DNA of 64,000 nucleotides from Chloroflexota bacterium (GCA_958295775.1 CATQHC010000002.1:889830-953829), one strand, 5' to 3'; positions 1-10,815 are shown, numbered from the stretch's first letter. Translations and numbers: made by a program. Notes: a model not told the origin generated them from the sequence alone.

Positions 1-2
1 CG

Positions 3-2279
3 AATGGCCTCATGACCGACTACCTCTGGAAAGAAGTGCTCACCCGCAAAAGCCTGACGAACATCATTGAGAATTACGCCCAGGTCGTAGAAACCAAGGA
101 CGAGAGGTCGCAACGGAAGAAGCGGGATCAAATCTGGCCGCGCTACCACCAGTTGGACGTCGTGCGCAAACTGCTGGCCGACGCGGTAGAGCATGGCGTC
201 GGCAAGCGCTACCTGATCCAGCACTCCGCCGGCAGCGGCAAGTCCAACTCTATCGCCTGGCTGGCGCATCAACTCATCGGGCTGAAACAAGAAAACGGCG
301 CGCTCTTCGACTCGGTCGTGGTCGTCACCGACCGCCGCGTTCTCGATAAACAGATCCGGGATACCATCAAGCAGTTCGCACAAGTTGGCGCCATTGTCGG
401 CGCTGCCGAGAGCTCAGGGGAACTAAAGCAGTTTATAGCAGAAGGCAAGCGCATCATCATTTCCACGGTGCAGAAGTTTCCGTTCATTCTGGACGCAATC
501 GGTAGCAAGCACCGGGGACGGCGCTTCGCCATCATCATTGACGAAGCGCACTCCGGCCAAGGCGGCGCGACGTCGGCGAAAATGTCACAAGTATTGGGCG
601 AAACCGGCGCAGGGGATGAGTGCGAGACGAACGAAGACAAAATCAACCGGCTGATGGAGTCCAGAAAACTGCTGCCCAACGCCAGCTACTTTGCCTTTAC
701 CGCCACACCCAAGAACAAGACGCTCGAGATATTTGGCACACCCGCGCCGGACGGCGAGCACACGCGGCACCTGCCGTTTCACTCCTACACTATGAAGCAG
801 GCTATCCAAGAGGGATTCATCATCGACGTGCTGAAGCATTACACGCCGGTGAAGGGCTACTACCGCCTCATAAAGACGGTGGAGGACGATCCAGAATTTG
901 ACACGACGCGGGCGTCCAAGAAGCTGCGGCAATACGTTGAAGACCACCGGGAAGCCATTCGCCAAAAGGCGGAAATCATGGTAGACCACTTTCACGACCA
1001 GGTAGCGCGCCAGAAGAAAATAGGTGGGCAAGCGCGTGCAATGGTAGTCACGAGCAGTATCAAACGCGCGATTACGTATTTCTTCGCCATTCGCGACTAC
1101 TTGGAGGAGCGGAAGAGCCCATACAAGGCTATCGCCGCCTTTACAGGCGAGCATGAGCGCGAGGGTGCGCAGGTTTCCGAGTCTTCACTCAATGGGTTTT
1201 CACCAAACCTAATCGCCAGCAGATTTCAAGAAGAGCCGTATCGCTTCCTGGTCTGCGCCGACAAGTTTCAGACCGGTTACGACGAACCGCTGCTGCACAC
1301 GATGTACGTAGACAAGCCATTGTCAGGCGTTCGAGCGGTGCAAACGCTCTCACGCCTAAATCGGGCGCACCCGAAGAAACATGACGCCTTCGTGCTGGAC
1401 TTTGCCAATGACACCGACATCATCGAGGTGGCATTCGCCGACTACTACCGTACGACGATTTTGGCAGAAGAGACCGACCCCAACCGCCTGCATGACCTAC
1501 AGGCGGCACTTGACTGCCGTCAGGTGTACGCTCCGGAACAGGTTGAGGAAATAGTCGTAATGTGTCTGGCAGGTTCTCAGCGCGACCGGCTTGATCCAAT
1601 ATTGGACACGTGTGTCTCCCGCTATCGCGAGGAATTAGATGAAGACGGGCAGGTGGACTTCAAGAGCAAGGCTAAGGCATTTCTGCGAGCGTACGGCTTC
1701 CTATCCGCTATCCTGCCGTACAACTACGCCCCGTGGGAGAAGCTGTCCATTTTTCTGAACTTCCTCGTGCCCAAATTGCCCGCGCCGGAGGAAGACGATC
1801 TGTCAATAGGTATCCTGGAAGCCATCGACATGGACAGCTATCGGGCGGAGAAGCAGGCCATGGAGGAGATCCGGCTGGCCGATGCAGACGCGGAAATTGA
1901 CCCGGTGCCCACCGATGGCGGCGGACACAAGCCGGAGCCGGAATATGAACAACTATCCAACATCATCAGGGAGTTCAATGACTTATTTGGCAGCATACAA
2001 TGGGAACATAGGGACAAGATCCTAAGCCTAGTTACTAAGGACCTACCTGACATGCTTACCCAAGACCCAGCGCTTAGGAACGCCATGGCCAACGCCGATC
2101 GGCAGAACGCGAGAATAGAGCACGATAGGACCTTGGAGCGCCTAATCAGAGGACTGCTGGCAGACCAAACCGAACTATACAAGCAATTCTATGACAATGA
2201 ATCATTTCGTCAATGGCTAAGCGCCAAGCTCTTTGAGATTACGTATAGGTCCTCTGACCGCGACAACATTCAAGTGTAG
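3..2279 (+). CDS. hsdR: Type I restriction endonuclease subunit R, 5'-truncated by the window edge
   Basis: Walker A QHSAGSGKS, DEAH box IIDEAH, FTATP, and the helicase motifs TGYDEP and QTLSRLNR. The frame is open to the window start (NGLMTDYLW). Confidence 0.95.
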   Translation, partial: NGLMTDYLWKEVLTRKSLTNIIENYAQVVETKDERSQRKKRDQIWPRYHQLDVVRKLLADAVEHGVGKRYLIQHSAGSGKSNSIAWLAHQLIGLKQENGALFDSVVVVTDRRVLDKQIRDTIKQFAQVGAIVGAAESSGELKQFIAEGKRIIISTVQKFPFILDAIGSKHRGRRFAIIIDEAHSGQGGATSAKMSQVLGETGAGDECETNEDKINRLMESRKLLPNASYFAFTATPKNKTLEIFGTPAPDGEHTRHLPFHSYTMKQAIQEGFIIDVLKHYTPVKGYYRLIKTVEDDPEFDTTRASKKLRQYVEDHREAIRQKAEIMVDHFHDQVARQKKIGGQARAMVVTSSIKRAITYFFAIRDYLEERKSPYKAIAAFTGEHEREGAQVSESSLNGFSPNLIASRFQEEPYRFLVCADKFQTGYDEPLLHTMYVDKPLSGVRAVQTLSRLNRAHPKKHDAFVLDFANDTDIIEVAFADYYRTTILAEETDPNRLHDLQAALDCRQVYAPEQVEEIVVMCLAGSQRDRLDPILDTCVSRYREELDEDGQVDFKSKAKAFLRAYGFLSAILPYNYAPWEKLSIFLNFLVPKLPAPEEDDLSIGILEAIDMDSYRAEKQAMEEIRLADADAEIDPVPTDGGGHKPEPEYEQLSNIIREFNDLFGSIQWEHRDKILSLVTKDLPDMLTQDPALRNAMANADRQNARIEHDRTLERLIRGLLADQTELYKQFYDNESFRQWLSAKLFEITYRSSDRDNIQV

Positions 2280-2352
2280 TCCGTTAATGGCATACAATGG
2301 GGACAAAGAATTGTCTGTATCTCGACTGCAAAATCCTAGAGCCGATTGACTG

Positions 2353-3507
2353 ATGAGATCTACACGAGGATTCGCATTTCGTACTCTCATTGGCATTCTG
2401 GCGTTCCTGGCTCTGGTAGCGAATTGCCAGACCGCGCCGGGGTCGATGGATGGGACATTGGAGATCCCGTCGGGGCGGGAGCCGAATGCGGCGGTGAGTG
2501 GGACGGTAACGTATCGGGAGCGGATTGCGCTGACGCCGGGGGCAACGCTGGTGGTGGAGTTGCGGGACGTGTCATTGCAGGACGCGGCGGCGCCCCTCAT
2601 CGCGCGGCAGACTATTGAAGACCCCGGTCAGGTGCCGATCGCGTTCAAGGTGGAGTACAGCCGCGAGGACATAAACTCCCGCAACACCTATGCGATACAG
2701 GCCAAAATCATCGAATCCGATGGTCGCCTTGCCTTCACGAACGATACGGCGTATGACGTGATCACGCGGGGTAATCCCAACAGTGTGGACATGGTCCTGG
2801 TGCTGGTACAGCCGCCGCCCGATCAGGTGGAGGAAGGGCAGGACTGGCGCAAGTGGGTGGAGGCGCCGGTACCGGTCATCTGGGCGAACCTGATCCCAAA
2901 CGAGGAAGAACCGCTGCTGCGGATTGCCTACTACCAGTCAACCATCGAAGGGTGCGCCCGTCCCGGCAACGAGGAACTCCATATTGAGGGATTCGACATC
3001 ATTGCCCGGGTCACGCTAATGCAGCCACCGGCAACTTCTTGGGCGATTCCGTGCGACGAGAAGGTCGTCGAGTTGGACACAGTACTGCCGATTGAGGCGT
3101 CGCTCGAACCCGAGCAGACCTACCGGGTGATCGTCAACGATCGAATTACTACGACGTTCTCCTTGCCTAGGTCCGATTTTCCCGACTCCGCCATTAGAGA
3201 GTCTCCCATTGAGCTTGCAGAGATAGAGGTCCTGGGAGGCACGCCAACGGGATATCAACTGCGGGTAACTTCCGGCATGCCCTCCGGCAGTTGTTCGCAC
3301 TTCAACGGCTACGAGATCCGGCGGGATAGTTCGAATGCAATCGATGTCCGCGTTACCCACCACTACGTCGTTGCAGAGGGAGTCGCCTGCACCACAGACT
3401 ATCCCATTGTCGAGACCGTTGTCCCCCTGGGTGCTGACTTTGAAGCGGGTACAGAGTACACTATTACTGTCAACGGTCAGATCTCCTTGTCACTTGTCGC
3501 TCGTTAG
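2353..3507 (+). CDS. YbaY/YscW-like lipoprotein with two C-terminal Cys-pair repeat domains
   Basis: Signal peptide with lipobox VANC; YbaY signature VSGTVTYRERIALTPGATLVVELRDVSLQDAAA...GQVPIAF; two similar ~105-aa domains follow. Confidence 0.8.
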   Translation: MRSTRGFAFRTLIGILAFLALVANCQTAPGSMDGTLEIPSGREPNAAVSGTVTYRERIALTPGATLVVELRDVSLQDAAAPLIARQTIEDPGQVPIAFKVEYSREDINSRNTYAIQAKIIESDGRLAFTNDTAYDVITRGNPNSVDMVLVLVQPPPDQVEEGQDWRKWVEAPVPVIWANLIPNEEEPLLRIAYYQSTIEGCARPGNEELHIEGFDIIARVTLMQPPATSWAIPCDEKVVELDTVLPIEASLEPEQTYRVIVNDRITTTFSLPRSDFPDSAIRESPIELAEIEVLGGTPTGYQLRVTSGMPSGSCSHFNGYEIRRDSSNAIDVRVTHHYVVAEGVACTTDYPIVETVVPLGADFEAGTEYTITVNGQISLSLVAR

Positions 3508-3901
3508 CCTGGCGCATTTCAAATTCAGATCGCACCATTCCCTTTGCATCCGGAAAGTCAAAGGAGTCCCGGCGGCTTGCGGCTGCCGGTGGTGACGGCA
3601 AGCCTGACGACCAAACGGCAATCCTACCTGATTTCCAAGCAACGACTTCGGAATCGTCCTGGTCCACGAAGGCATGGTTACCGTTTCAGGTGGATTAGAA
3701 GAGTTGGTGGCGCAGCGAGCTATGGAGCGGCCATTGGGCAGGTCTATGCAGTCCTACAGGATTCAGGCAACGCCGATCAGCAGATTGACCGCTTCCTTCC
3801 TTGCAGAAACCGTCACCAGCAAATTACGCATTCATATGGTGCAGTCATTGAAATAGGGAAGAGTTGCAGCCGCTCCGCTGGGAAGGGGCAAGGGAGGCCA
3901 C

Positions 3902-4492
3902 ATGTTAGACCTAACGCAGCACCCGGAACTGTACGTAAAACAGGAGATAGAGCACCTTGAAGTCTTCACGGGATATGAGACCAAAAACCGCTATAGCGTG
4001 AGAACGCCGGAAGGGCAGCAGCTCTTGTACGCCTTCGAAGAATCGGGCTTGCTGGGTCGCAACATCCTTAGCTCGCACCGGCCGCTGACGGTCCACGTTG
4101 TAGACAGGAATAACAACAACGTGATCACCGCCAGCCGGAGCTTCTTCTGGTTTCTCTCCCACCTGCACGTGAGCGACGGCACAGGGCAGCGTGTCGGTTC
4201 GATGCAGCGGCGCTTTTCACTTTTTACCCGCCGTTTCGACCTGATGGATGGGAGCGGCAGCGTAGTGGCGGAGATGCGCGGCCCGATCTTCCGTCCCTTT
4301 ACCTTCATGGTCTACCAGCAGGGACAGGAAATAGGCCGCGTCACGAAGCAGTGGAGCGGCATCGGCCGGGAGGCGTTCACCGACGCCGACACGTTCAAAG
4401 TGGAAGTCGACACCAGCCGGATGGGCGAGGACTTTTCCTTGCTCATGCTCGCCAGCGCGATCGCGATCGATCTCGACTTCTTTGAGAAGTAA
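3902..4492 (+). CDS. Phospholipid scramblase / LURP-one-like protein
   Basis: Motifs GYETKNRY, RPLTVHV, KQWSG...FTDADTF and C-terminal IDLDFFE typical of scramblases; SD GGGAGG upstream. Confidence 0.85.
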   Translation: MLDLTQHPELYVKQEIEHLEVFTGYETKNRYSVRTPEGQQLLYAFEESGLLGRNILSSHRPLTVHVVDRNNNNVITASRSFFWFLSHLHVSDGTGQRVGSMQRRFSLFTRRFDLMDGSGSVVAEMRGPIFRPFTFMVYQQGQEIGRVTKQWSGIGREAFTDADTFKVEVDTSRMGEDFSLLMLASAIAIDLDFFEK

Positions 4493-4962
4493 GCGAGCAC
4501 GCCGCTACCTCGATGTGCACGTGCGCCCAACTTCAGCCGACGTGACGGCGGTGAAGGTCGCCATTCACGAGCCAATCGAGAGTCGTCGAGGCGTCTGCGC
4601 TCGCAGATTTCAGCCCCATTTGCCAGAAATCCAAGCGCGCGGCCAACCCCTTCCGGTCCGGCAATCACCACCTCGCCTGCGCCGCCGGTCACCGCGCGTA
4701 GGTGATCGCGAATCGCGCCGTCCGTGCTGCCGGCGCCAGGGCAGCGTTCGCGTCATGAAACTCTATTGCGTACGTGAGAACGGAGAGGCTGCCGTACTCA
4801 GCAGATTCCTCTACCTGTGCAAGCGAGGGTGCCGACGCCTGATCGGCGACTGCCGCGATGACGTCCAAGCCGCCAAGATGTCCGCTGTCAAAAGGTGTCC
4901 GCAGACTAGCCTTGCCAACGGGCTCACCCCACAAGCCGGTCAGGAGCGTAGGCCCGGGCAAG

Positions 4963-5784
4963 TTATGGCTTAGTGCCCATACACTCGCCAAAGGCGAATG
5001 TTCCAAACGCCCCCGGTTCGTCCCGCCATTCGTCGAGGTCTTGGCGCCACTCTGCAAACTGCTCGCGCGTGGCCACCCCGTATTTCGTCGCCACTTCCAC
5101 TACTTCAGGTGCATGGAACCATTCCAAGATGAATTGGAAGAGAAACGCGATATCCTGCGATGTGCCGAAATAGTCGAAGGATGCGCTTGCCCGCACATTG
5201 GCCAATCCGGCGTCAAGAAAGTGGGCTTTCAGCTCTTTGCCCATTTCAGGATGGCCACCGTTGCCTTTGAGCAGCATTGCGAAGGCATTCCAGGCTTGTC
5301 GCGTCTTTTCTTCGCCCGGTTCGAGAAACGAAGATGAAACGATAAGTTCGCGGCTGCACAGCAGACCGCCGGGCTTGAGCACGCGCATTGCCTCGCTCAG
5401 CGCGGCGGCCGTAACGGGCACGTGCGTGAGCACCGTGTGGCAGAAGGCAACGTCGAAATAGTCGTCTGCGAACGGAAGCTTGGTTACGTCGCCTACGTGG
5501 AAAGTGGCATTGGCGTGCCCGCCGGCACTCGCGGCAGCTCTGGCAATGGCAATCTGTGATTCTTCCATGTCGATGCCATGGAACTCACCGGGTTCTACTG
5601 CGCTCGCCAGGCCCACTGAAATGGTCCCAGGGCCGCAGCCAAAGTCGAGAAGCCGTTGGCCCGGCTCTAGATGGGGCAGCAGCATGGCCGCGTTGGTTTG
5701 GGCGCTGCGTCGGTTGAGAAGCTGGAGAAAATCCTCTCCATAGCCCATCGTGTAGGAGGATTCGTCAGTCGTCTGCTCTGGCAT
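4963..5784 (-). CDS. Class I SAM-dependent methyltransferase (UbiE-like)
   Basis: LLDFGCGPG motif I, LPFADDYFD, RVLKPGG. Start placed at the ATG of MPEQTT, behind an AAAGGAG SD. Confidence 0.9.
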   Translation of the reverse strand: MPEQTTDESSYTMGYGEDFLQLLNRRSAQTNAAMLLPHLEPGQRLLDFGCGPGTISVGLASAVEPGEFHGIDMEESQIAIARAAASAGGHANATFHVGDVTKLPFADDYFDVAFCHTVLTHVPVTAAALSEAMRVLKPGGLLCSRELIVSSSFLEPGEEKTRQAWNAFAMLLKGNGGHPEMGKELKAHFLDAGLANVRASASFDYFGTSQDIAFLFQFILEWFHAPEVVEVATKYGVATREQFAEWRQDLDEWRDEPGAFGTFAFGECMGTKP

Positions 5785-6268
5785 TCGTCCTGCTCCTTTG
5801 CAGCTACGTTTGAGATACACCAAGGTACATCAAGATCAGGGATATGATACCTCTATGATAGGAAACAACCCGCGGTCTGTCCATGCATTGAATTGAAAAT
5901 TATTGAGATGGTTCTTGAAGCGGAAATTACCCAAAACCAGCCACTGCGGACCGCACCGGGCAACCAAAAATCGCGAGAGAGAGCCTGCATGTGTTTAACG
6001 CACTAGCACGCCCATCGCACAACTCCCTTTCGCGCAACAGTTACAATTGCGGTACACTGAATTTCAGACGCTACCCACCTCTATGTTCTTGTAGGACCTA
6101 TGCATTCGTTAACTAGGATTTGCAAAGCACGCCAAGAACACGCGAGAAGTGGAATGTGCTGCATCCGGTTCGACCTCGCGGATCGGAAGAGTTGCTCGTC
6201 TTGCCAGCGGGTGAGTGCTCGCGCACACTGCTGCCCTCGACACTAATCACCCTACCCTGGAGGGAACC

Positions 6269-6691
6269 ATGCCACTGAACATCTACCTGACATTCGCTGA
6301 CAACTGCCGCGAAGTCTTTGACTTTTACCGCTCCGTCTTTGGCGGTGAGTACTTGATATTTCAGACTTTCGGTGACGGCCCCGCCGACATGGAAATTTCG
6401 GAATCGGAGCGAGATAGAGTCATGCACGTGACCTTGTCGATTGGGGATGCCGTCCTCATGGGGAGCGATACTGCCGCCGCCTTCAGCCCTCCGCCTACTC
6501 CCGGCAACAACTTTTCGCTTTCCTATACGCCGACTAGCAAAGAGGAGACAGATGAGCTTTTCGCCAAGCTGTCCGCAGGCGGCAAGGTGACCATGCCGTT
6601 GCAGGAGACGTTCTGGGGCGCGTATTTTGGCTCATGCACTGACAAGTACGGCATCAATTGGCAGCTCGATTTTGAGCTCCCGACGGAGTGA
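6269..6691 (+). CDS. VOC family PhnB-like protein
   Basis: YLTF...FYRSVFGG, VMH.TL.IG...LMGSD, PLQETFWGAYFG..TDKYGINW; SD GGAGGG. Confidence 0.9.
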   Translation: MPLNIYLTFADNCREVFDFYRSVFGGEYLIFQTFGDGPADMEISESERDRVMHVTLSIGDAVLMGSDTAAAFSPPPTPGNNFSLSYTPTSKEETDELFAKLSAGGKVTMPLQETFWGAYFGSCTDKYGINWQLDFELPTE

Positions 6692-6954
6692 CGCTGACAG
6701 CTCTTGTGCCCAGGGCCGGTGTGTCATTCGTCAGTCGGTGGCAGGCGCGCAGACCCAGACCGCTTCTTGCCTGTGCGGCAGAGTGCAGCGCACCTATTGC
6801 GCTCGAACTATTCATTGATTCAGCAGGTGGTTGCACAAGCCGCAAGAGTGATCAAGAGAAGCTCTAGGGATTGGTCGAGGGAAACCTATTCGAAGCGCGA
6901 TCTACTGGGCTCCACGGCTACCGGCTCGGTCCCATCCAAGAAGGCAAGAAACTC

Positions 6955-7135
6955 ATACGAACACTCCTGCGAACGCACATAGTGCTACGCATTGGTCTTG
7001 GGGGCGGCTCTTGCCGGTTGCAGTAGCGGCGGCGAGTCTGATGGGCACTCAGGAGGCACGGAACATGGGCCGGCTACGCCGGTAGACCTGGCTCCGGGTC
7101 AGTCAGTCGACATCGCCCTCCCGACCGCTGAGTGA
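6955..7135 (+). pseudogene. Possible decayed lipoprotein gene fragment
   Basis: IRTLLRTHIVL followed by a +1 shift into ALVLGAALAGC-SSGGES (lipobox LAGC), then an early TGA; there is no intact start codon. Confidence 0.35.
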
Positions 7136-7480
7136 GCCTTCACGTCTTGGCGTGCCCACCTCGAAGTTGGCTGACACTTGACCGACGTGGAGGTTCCTTG
7201 CCCTTGATATTGGGCTCGCACACTTCGTCACTGGGCGGTGTTCCGCTTCCATAGGGTCTGCGGTGGTGCACAAGCACCCGAATCCTCTGTATGCTGAAGA
7301 GAGACGAAAACGATTTTGGCGAAGCGCAGGTCAATCGCGCCAGGAACTGAATTCTCACGCATGCGGAATTGCTTGCCGACTCGTTGCTGCACAGCATAGA
7401 TGCAATTCGCCGAGCCTGCCCTGACTATGGAAATGCTATTTCCCTGCACCATTCATGACTAGCTTTAACGGTGATCCACG

Positions 7481-9634
7481 ATGATAGAGAATGTACCTTT
7501 ACTTAGCAGACGGGCACTGCTCGTCGGCGGGGCCGCCCTTGGAGTGGCTGCGTGCGGCGGCCCGGCTCGAGGTCTAGACCCTCTGGAATCTATCCACCAG
7601 GGCTTGGGGATCACTCCGCTTCCGCGTCCTTGGAAGCCGCTCGTCGTGCGCGGTACAGCGGTGGAAGTAGCGGGGCATCGCTACCGGTTTGACGCCGGCC
7701 CGCTTCCCACCAGTTTGGAAGTGAATGGGACCGAATTCCTCTTCGATGCGATCAAATTAGACGTCCGCATCCAAGATGAACTGTTGGTCTGGCAGCGGGC
7801 CCGGGCGATATCGATAGATGCCGCCGCAGTGGAACTACTCGCACGGGGCAACGCCGGTGATCTCATCGCCCAAGCCCGCGTTATTATAAGCTACGACGGC
7901 ACCTGCCGGATTCGAGTAAGCCTTATTCCCCAAGGCTTGATCACGATTGACTCGATCCTCCTTGACATGCCAATTGTTCGGTCTGAGACGACCCACTACG
8001 TGCATCACCTCTTGGGCGCGGAAACTGCCCTCTTTTCCCCGCAGGAACTCGCAGGTGTTCCCCAGGACCAGTGGGGCGGCGGCCGTCTCCCCGACAGTGG
8101 CTGGTCGGGAGACATTACGCCCTTCGTTTGGGTAGGAAACCCCAATCGAGGCGTCACCTGGTTTTCGGATACTGTCATCGGCCCGCAACGGCCGGGACCG
8201 GCCGCCCAAGTGCAGGTGCGACCGGTGGAAGGCGCAATGCGCCTCCTCGTGGAACTCATTACCGACCCCTTGGACATGCCCAATACGGTGCACCTAGACT
8301 TTGGCATTCAGCCAACGCCGGCGCGGCCGGCCACGGGTACCAGCACCGTCATTACGCCATCCGGCGTCAATTGGTCGGTGAATTCTCAAGCGTCCTCTGC
8401 AACCGCGTCTCAGCGCAACACCTCTGATTCCAAGAGCGATCTCGATTCCCTGCGCAACCGGGGAATCACGACGCTCGTTCTGCCCCTAGACTGGTCGGAT
8501 GTTTGGGGCTTCCCCCACCTGGCAGGGGCGGAGCAAAGGCGCGCGTTTCAAGACTTGGTTGACCGCACGCACGACGCCGGGCTGAAGATTCTCCCCGCCG
8601 TCTCGGCGGCCAGGCTCTCGAACAGAGCCCCGGGCGCGGCAGAAATCTTGGAGAGTACAGGGTCGCAGGGAGAACCGATTACGGTGAGTGCAACACCTCC
8701 GGAACAAGCCTATCCCCTCTTTCACTCCGCCGCCTCTGCCGCCTACTTTGAAGAAGCTATGCGCGCATTGGCCACCGATTTTCCAATAGACGGCGTGTTC
8801 GTAGACATCGGCGAACCGGCAGTGCGACCCGTTGACCTCAATGAGAGCGTGCCGGGCGCAGTCGGCGCATTTGACCTGCATGCGCGCCGCGATCTCTTGA
8901 GGCGACTCTACGCGCTCTTTCACGGCGGCCTGCGCGAGAACGACGAGGAGGGCATCGTGATTGCCCAGTCACCGGTGCCTTGGTCAATGATCAATTGCTT
9001 TGCGGACCTGACAGTGACGGGGTTCAATCTGTATCAATCCATCGCTTCGCGTCGCCTCAGCGGCGAGGCATTGGCCGATCGCTGGCAGCCTGATCTTGTG
9101 CCATTTCTCTACGGCGACGTTCTCCACACGGTGCCAACGCTCTGGCAGGTGCCTGCGGCCGCGTCTCAGTTCCCGAGCATCATCGAAACCTATACACGGG
9201 CGAACCTATTGAACGACCGGGAACTCTTTGGGCTGGCAGCCGTGCACAACACATTGCTGTGGCGGGAAGACTACAACGCTACCGCCGAGACTGATGACCT
9301 CGAGCGTTTACGTGCATTGCGGGAGAGTCTGGGCTTTGGCAACGCATCATGGCATCCGTATTGGCGACAGCAAGACGAGCTAGTCATTGAGCCGCCAAGT
9401 ACGCTGTACGGCTTCTGGTACCGCGGTTCCGGTTCTATTCTGCTCCTCCTGCTCAACGGCGCTAATACTGAACAGGACATCTTGGTCGAAGTAGCCTCGG
9501 CGGTATCCGATAGCAATGCAACGCTCTCGGTGAAGGATGTTTGGGGCAACCTTCAGGTGCACACGCGAGACCACCTTGCCATTACAACTTTGGCTCCCTC
9601 CCAGTTTGCCGTGTTGCACATCAACGTCAATTAG
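7481..9634 (+). CDS. Tat-exported lipoprotein, putative glycoside-hydrolase-like (DUF6067/GH123-like) protein
   Basis: SRRALL twin-arginine motif and GVAAC lipobox; PFVWVG...RGVTWFSD, FGIQPTP, barrel motif IDGVFVD, and WHPYW. Confidence 0.6.
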   Translation: MIENVPLLSRRALLVGGAALGVAACGGPARGLDPLESIHQGLGITPLPRPWKPLVVRGTAVEVAGHRYRFDAGPLPTSLEVNGTEFLFDAIKLDVRIQDELLVWQRARAISIDAAAVELLARGNAGDLIAQARVIISYDGTCRIRVSLIPQGLITIDSILLDMPIVRSETTHYVHHLLGAETALFSPQELAGVPQDQWGGGRLPDSGWSGDITPFVWVGNPNRGVTWFSDTVIGPQRPGPAAQVQVRPVEGAMRLLVELITDPLDMPNTVHLDFGIQPTPARPATGTSTVITPSGVNWSVNSQASSATASQRNTSDSKSDLDSLRNRGITTLVLPLDWSDVWGFPHLAGAEQRRAFQDLVDRTHDAGLKILPAVSAARLSNRAPGAAEILESTGSQGEPITVSATPPEQAYPLFHSAASAAYFEEAMRALATDFPIDGVFVDIGEPAVRPVDLNESVPGAVGAFDLHARRDLLRRLYALFHGGLRENDEEGIVIAQSPVPWSMINCFADLTVTGFNLYQSIASRRLSGEALADRWQPDLVPFLYGDVLHTVPTLWQVPAAASQFPSIIETYTRANLLNDRELFGLAAVHNTLLWREDYNATAETDDLERLRALRESLGFGNASWHPYWRQQDELVIEPPSTLYGFWYRGSGSILLLLLNGANTEQDILVEVASAVSDSNATLSVKDVWGNLQVHTRDHLAITTLAPSQFAVLHINVN

Positions 9635-9788
9635 GGCTCGTCGCTGGAAGTCGCAGCAACGAGGAGAACCCTCTGCAAAGAGAGGTCGACAAAGCGCCGC
9701 GGGCAGGCGTTCGCTGGCAACTGAACAGCGCGACGACAAAGCCAGCGCATCGGAGTTGGCACACCGGTTCAGTTACGCCGGACTCCAG

Positions 9789-10580
9789 TCACTGCCCGGA
9801 CTTGGCAAGGAAAGCCGCGCGTGTCTGGGCGGCCAGGGCGACAAAGTCCGCCGCCGACAGACTCGCACCGCCCACAAGCCCGCCGTCCACTTCGGGCTGT
9901 ACGCTGAATTCGGGCCACACATTGGGATTAATGCTGCCGCCGTAGAGGATGCGGATAGCCTCTGCTGCAGAAGCGCCGTGCTCGCGCCGCACCACCTTGC
10001 GCACGAGGCCGATAGTGGCGTTTGCTTCTTCCGGCGCGGGGGTGCGCCCGGTGCCAATCGCCCAAACCGGCTCGTACGCCAAGATGGCGGTCGCGGCCTG
10101 CTGTGCCGACAAGCCTGCGAGAGCTCGTGTTGTCTGCCGGTCGAGCACCTCCAGAGTCTGACCCGCGCGGTTTTCAGCGTCAGTCTCGCCGATACATACA
10201 ATAGGCGTGAGCCCGTGCAGGACCGCCGCGACCAGCTTGCGATTCACCATTTCGTCGGTTTCGCCAAAGTGGCCGCGTCGCTCTGAATGGCCGACAATCA
10301 CGTGAGAACACATTGACGTGAGCATTTGTGGGGAAACTTCCCCCGTATAAGCGCCTTCGGTCTCCCAATGCATGTTCTGCGCGCCTACGGCGATTGTGGT
10401 GCCCTGCATTGCGTTTCGCACCGCGGCAAGGGCAGTAAGCGGAGGGCAAATGATTATGTCAATATCGGGCAGCGCATTCAACCCCTCCTTCATGCCGTCA
10501 GCGAGCGCAACCGCTTGCGCGAGATTCTTGTTCATCTTCCAGTTTCCCGCAATGACATGCTTCCGCATATGCTTATCCAT
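9789..10580 (-). CDS. tpiA: Triose-phosphate isomerase
   Basis: AGNWKMN, GHSERR, AYEPVWAIGTG, LYGGS, LVGGASL. Confidence 0.98.
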   Translation of the reverse strand: MDKHMRKHVIAGNWKMNKNLAQAVALADGMKEGLNALPDIDIIICPPLTALAAVRNAMQGTTIAVGAQNMHWETEGAYTGEVSPQMLTSMCSHVIVGHSERRGHFGETDEMVNRKLVAAVLHGLTPIVCIGETDAENRAGQTLEVLDRQTTRALAGLSAQQAATAILAYEPVWAIGTGRTPAPEEANATIGLVRKVVRREHGASAAEAIRILYGGSINPNVWPEFSVQPEVDGGLVGGASLSAADFVALAAQTRAAFLAKSGQ

Positions 10581-10649
10581 CCTTCACCCAGATTGGCCTA
10601 GCCAGGCGCAACGTAACGACTTTCCACGATAACTCAATGAGACTATTCA

Positions 10650-10658
10650 TGGTATAGT
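10650..10658 (+). promoter_or_regulatory. Putative extended -10 promoter element (TGgTATAGT)
   Basis: TGn-TATAGT in the AT-richer divergent tpiA/iscS intergenic region. Confidence 0.35.
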
Positions 10659-10815
10659 ATGACCGTATTCGGCCGAAGCGTACTTTATTGTACGTGAAGT
10701 GCACACACTTCGCTGTAAGCAACCCTCTATTCTGGATTTCAGCCCGTTTTATCAAGCGATTCGCCGGGTTACGTCCCAAGAGTTGCAGCCTGAAGGCGCC
10801 ATCTGTCTGCAAGCG

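Noticed and set aside
3508..3900. Short overlapping ORFs between the lipoprotein and scramblase genes
   Set aside because: No SD, motif or coding-like composition.
4493..4960. Possible decayed gene on the minus strand (LPDRKGLAARLDFWQMGL, faintly GH18-like)
   Set aside because: Multiple stops and a similarity too weak to support without a search.
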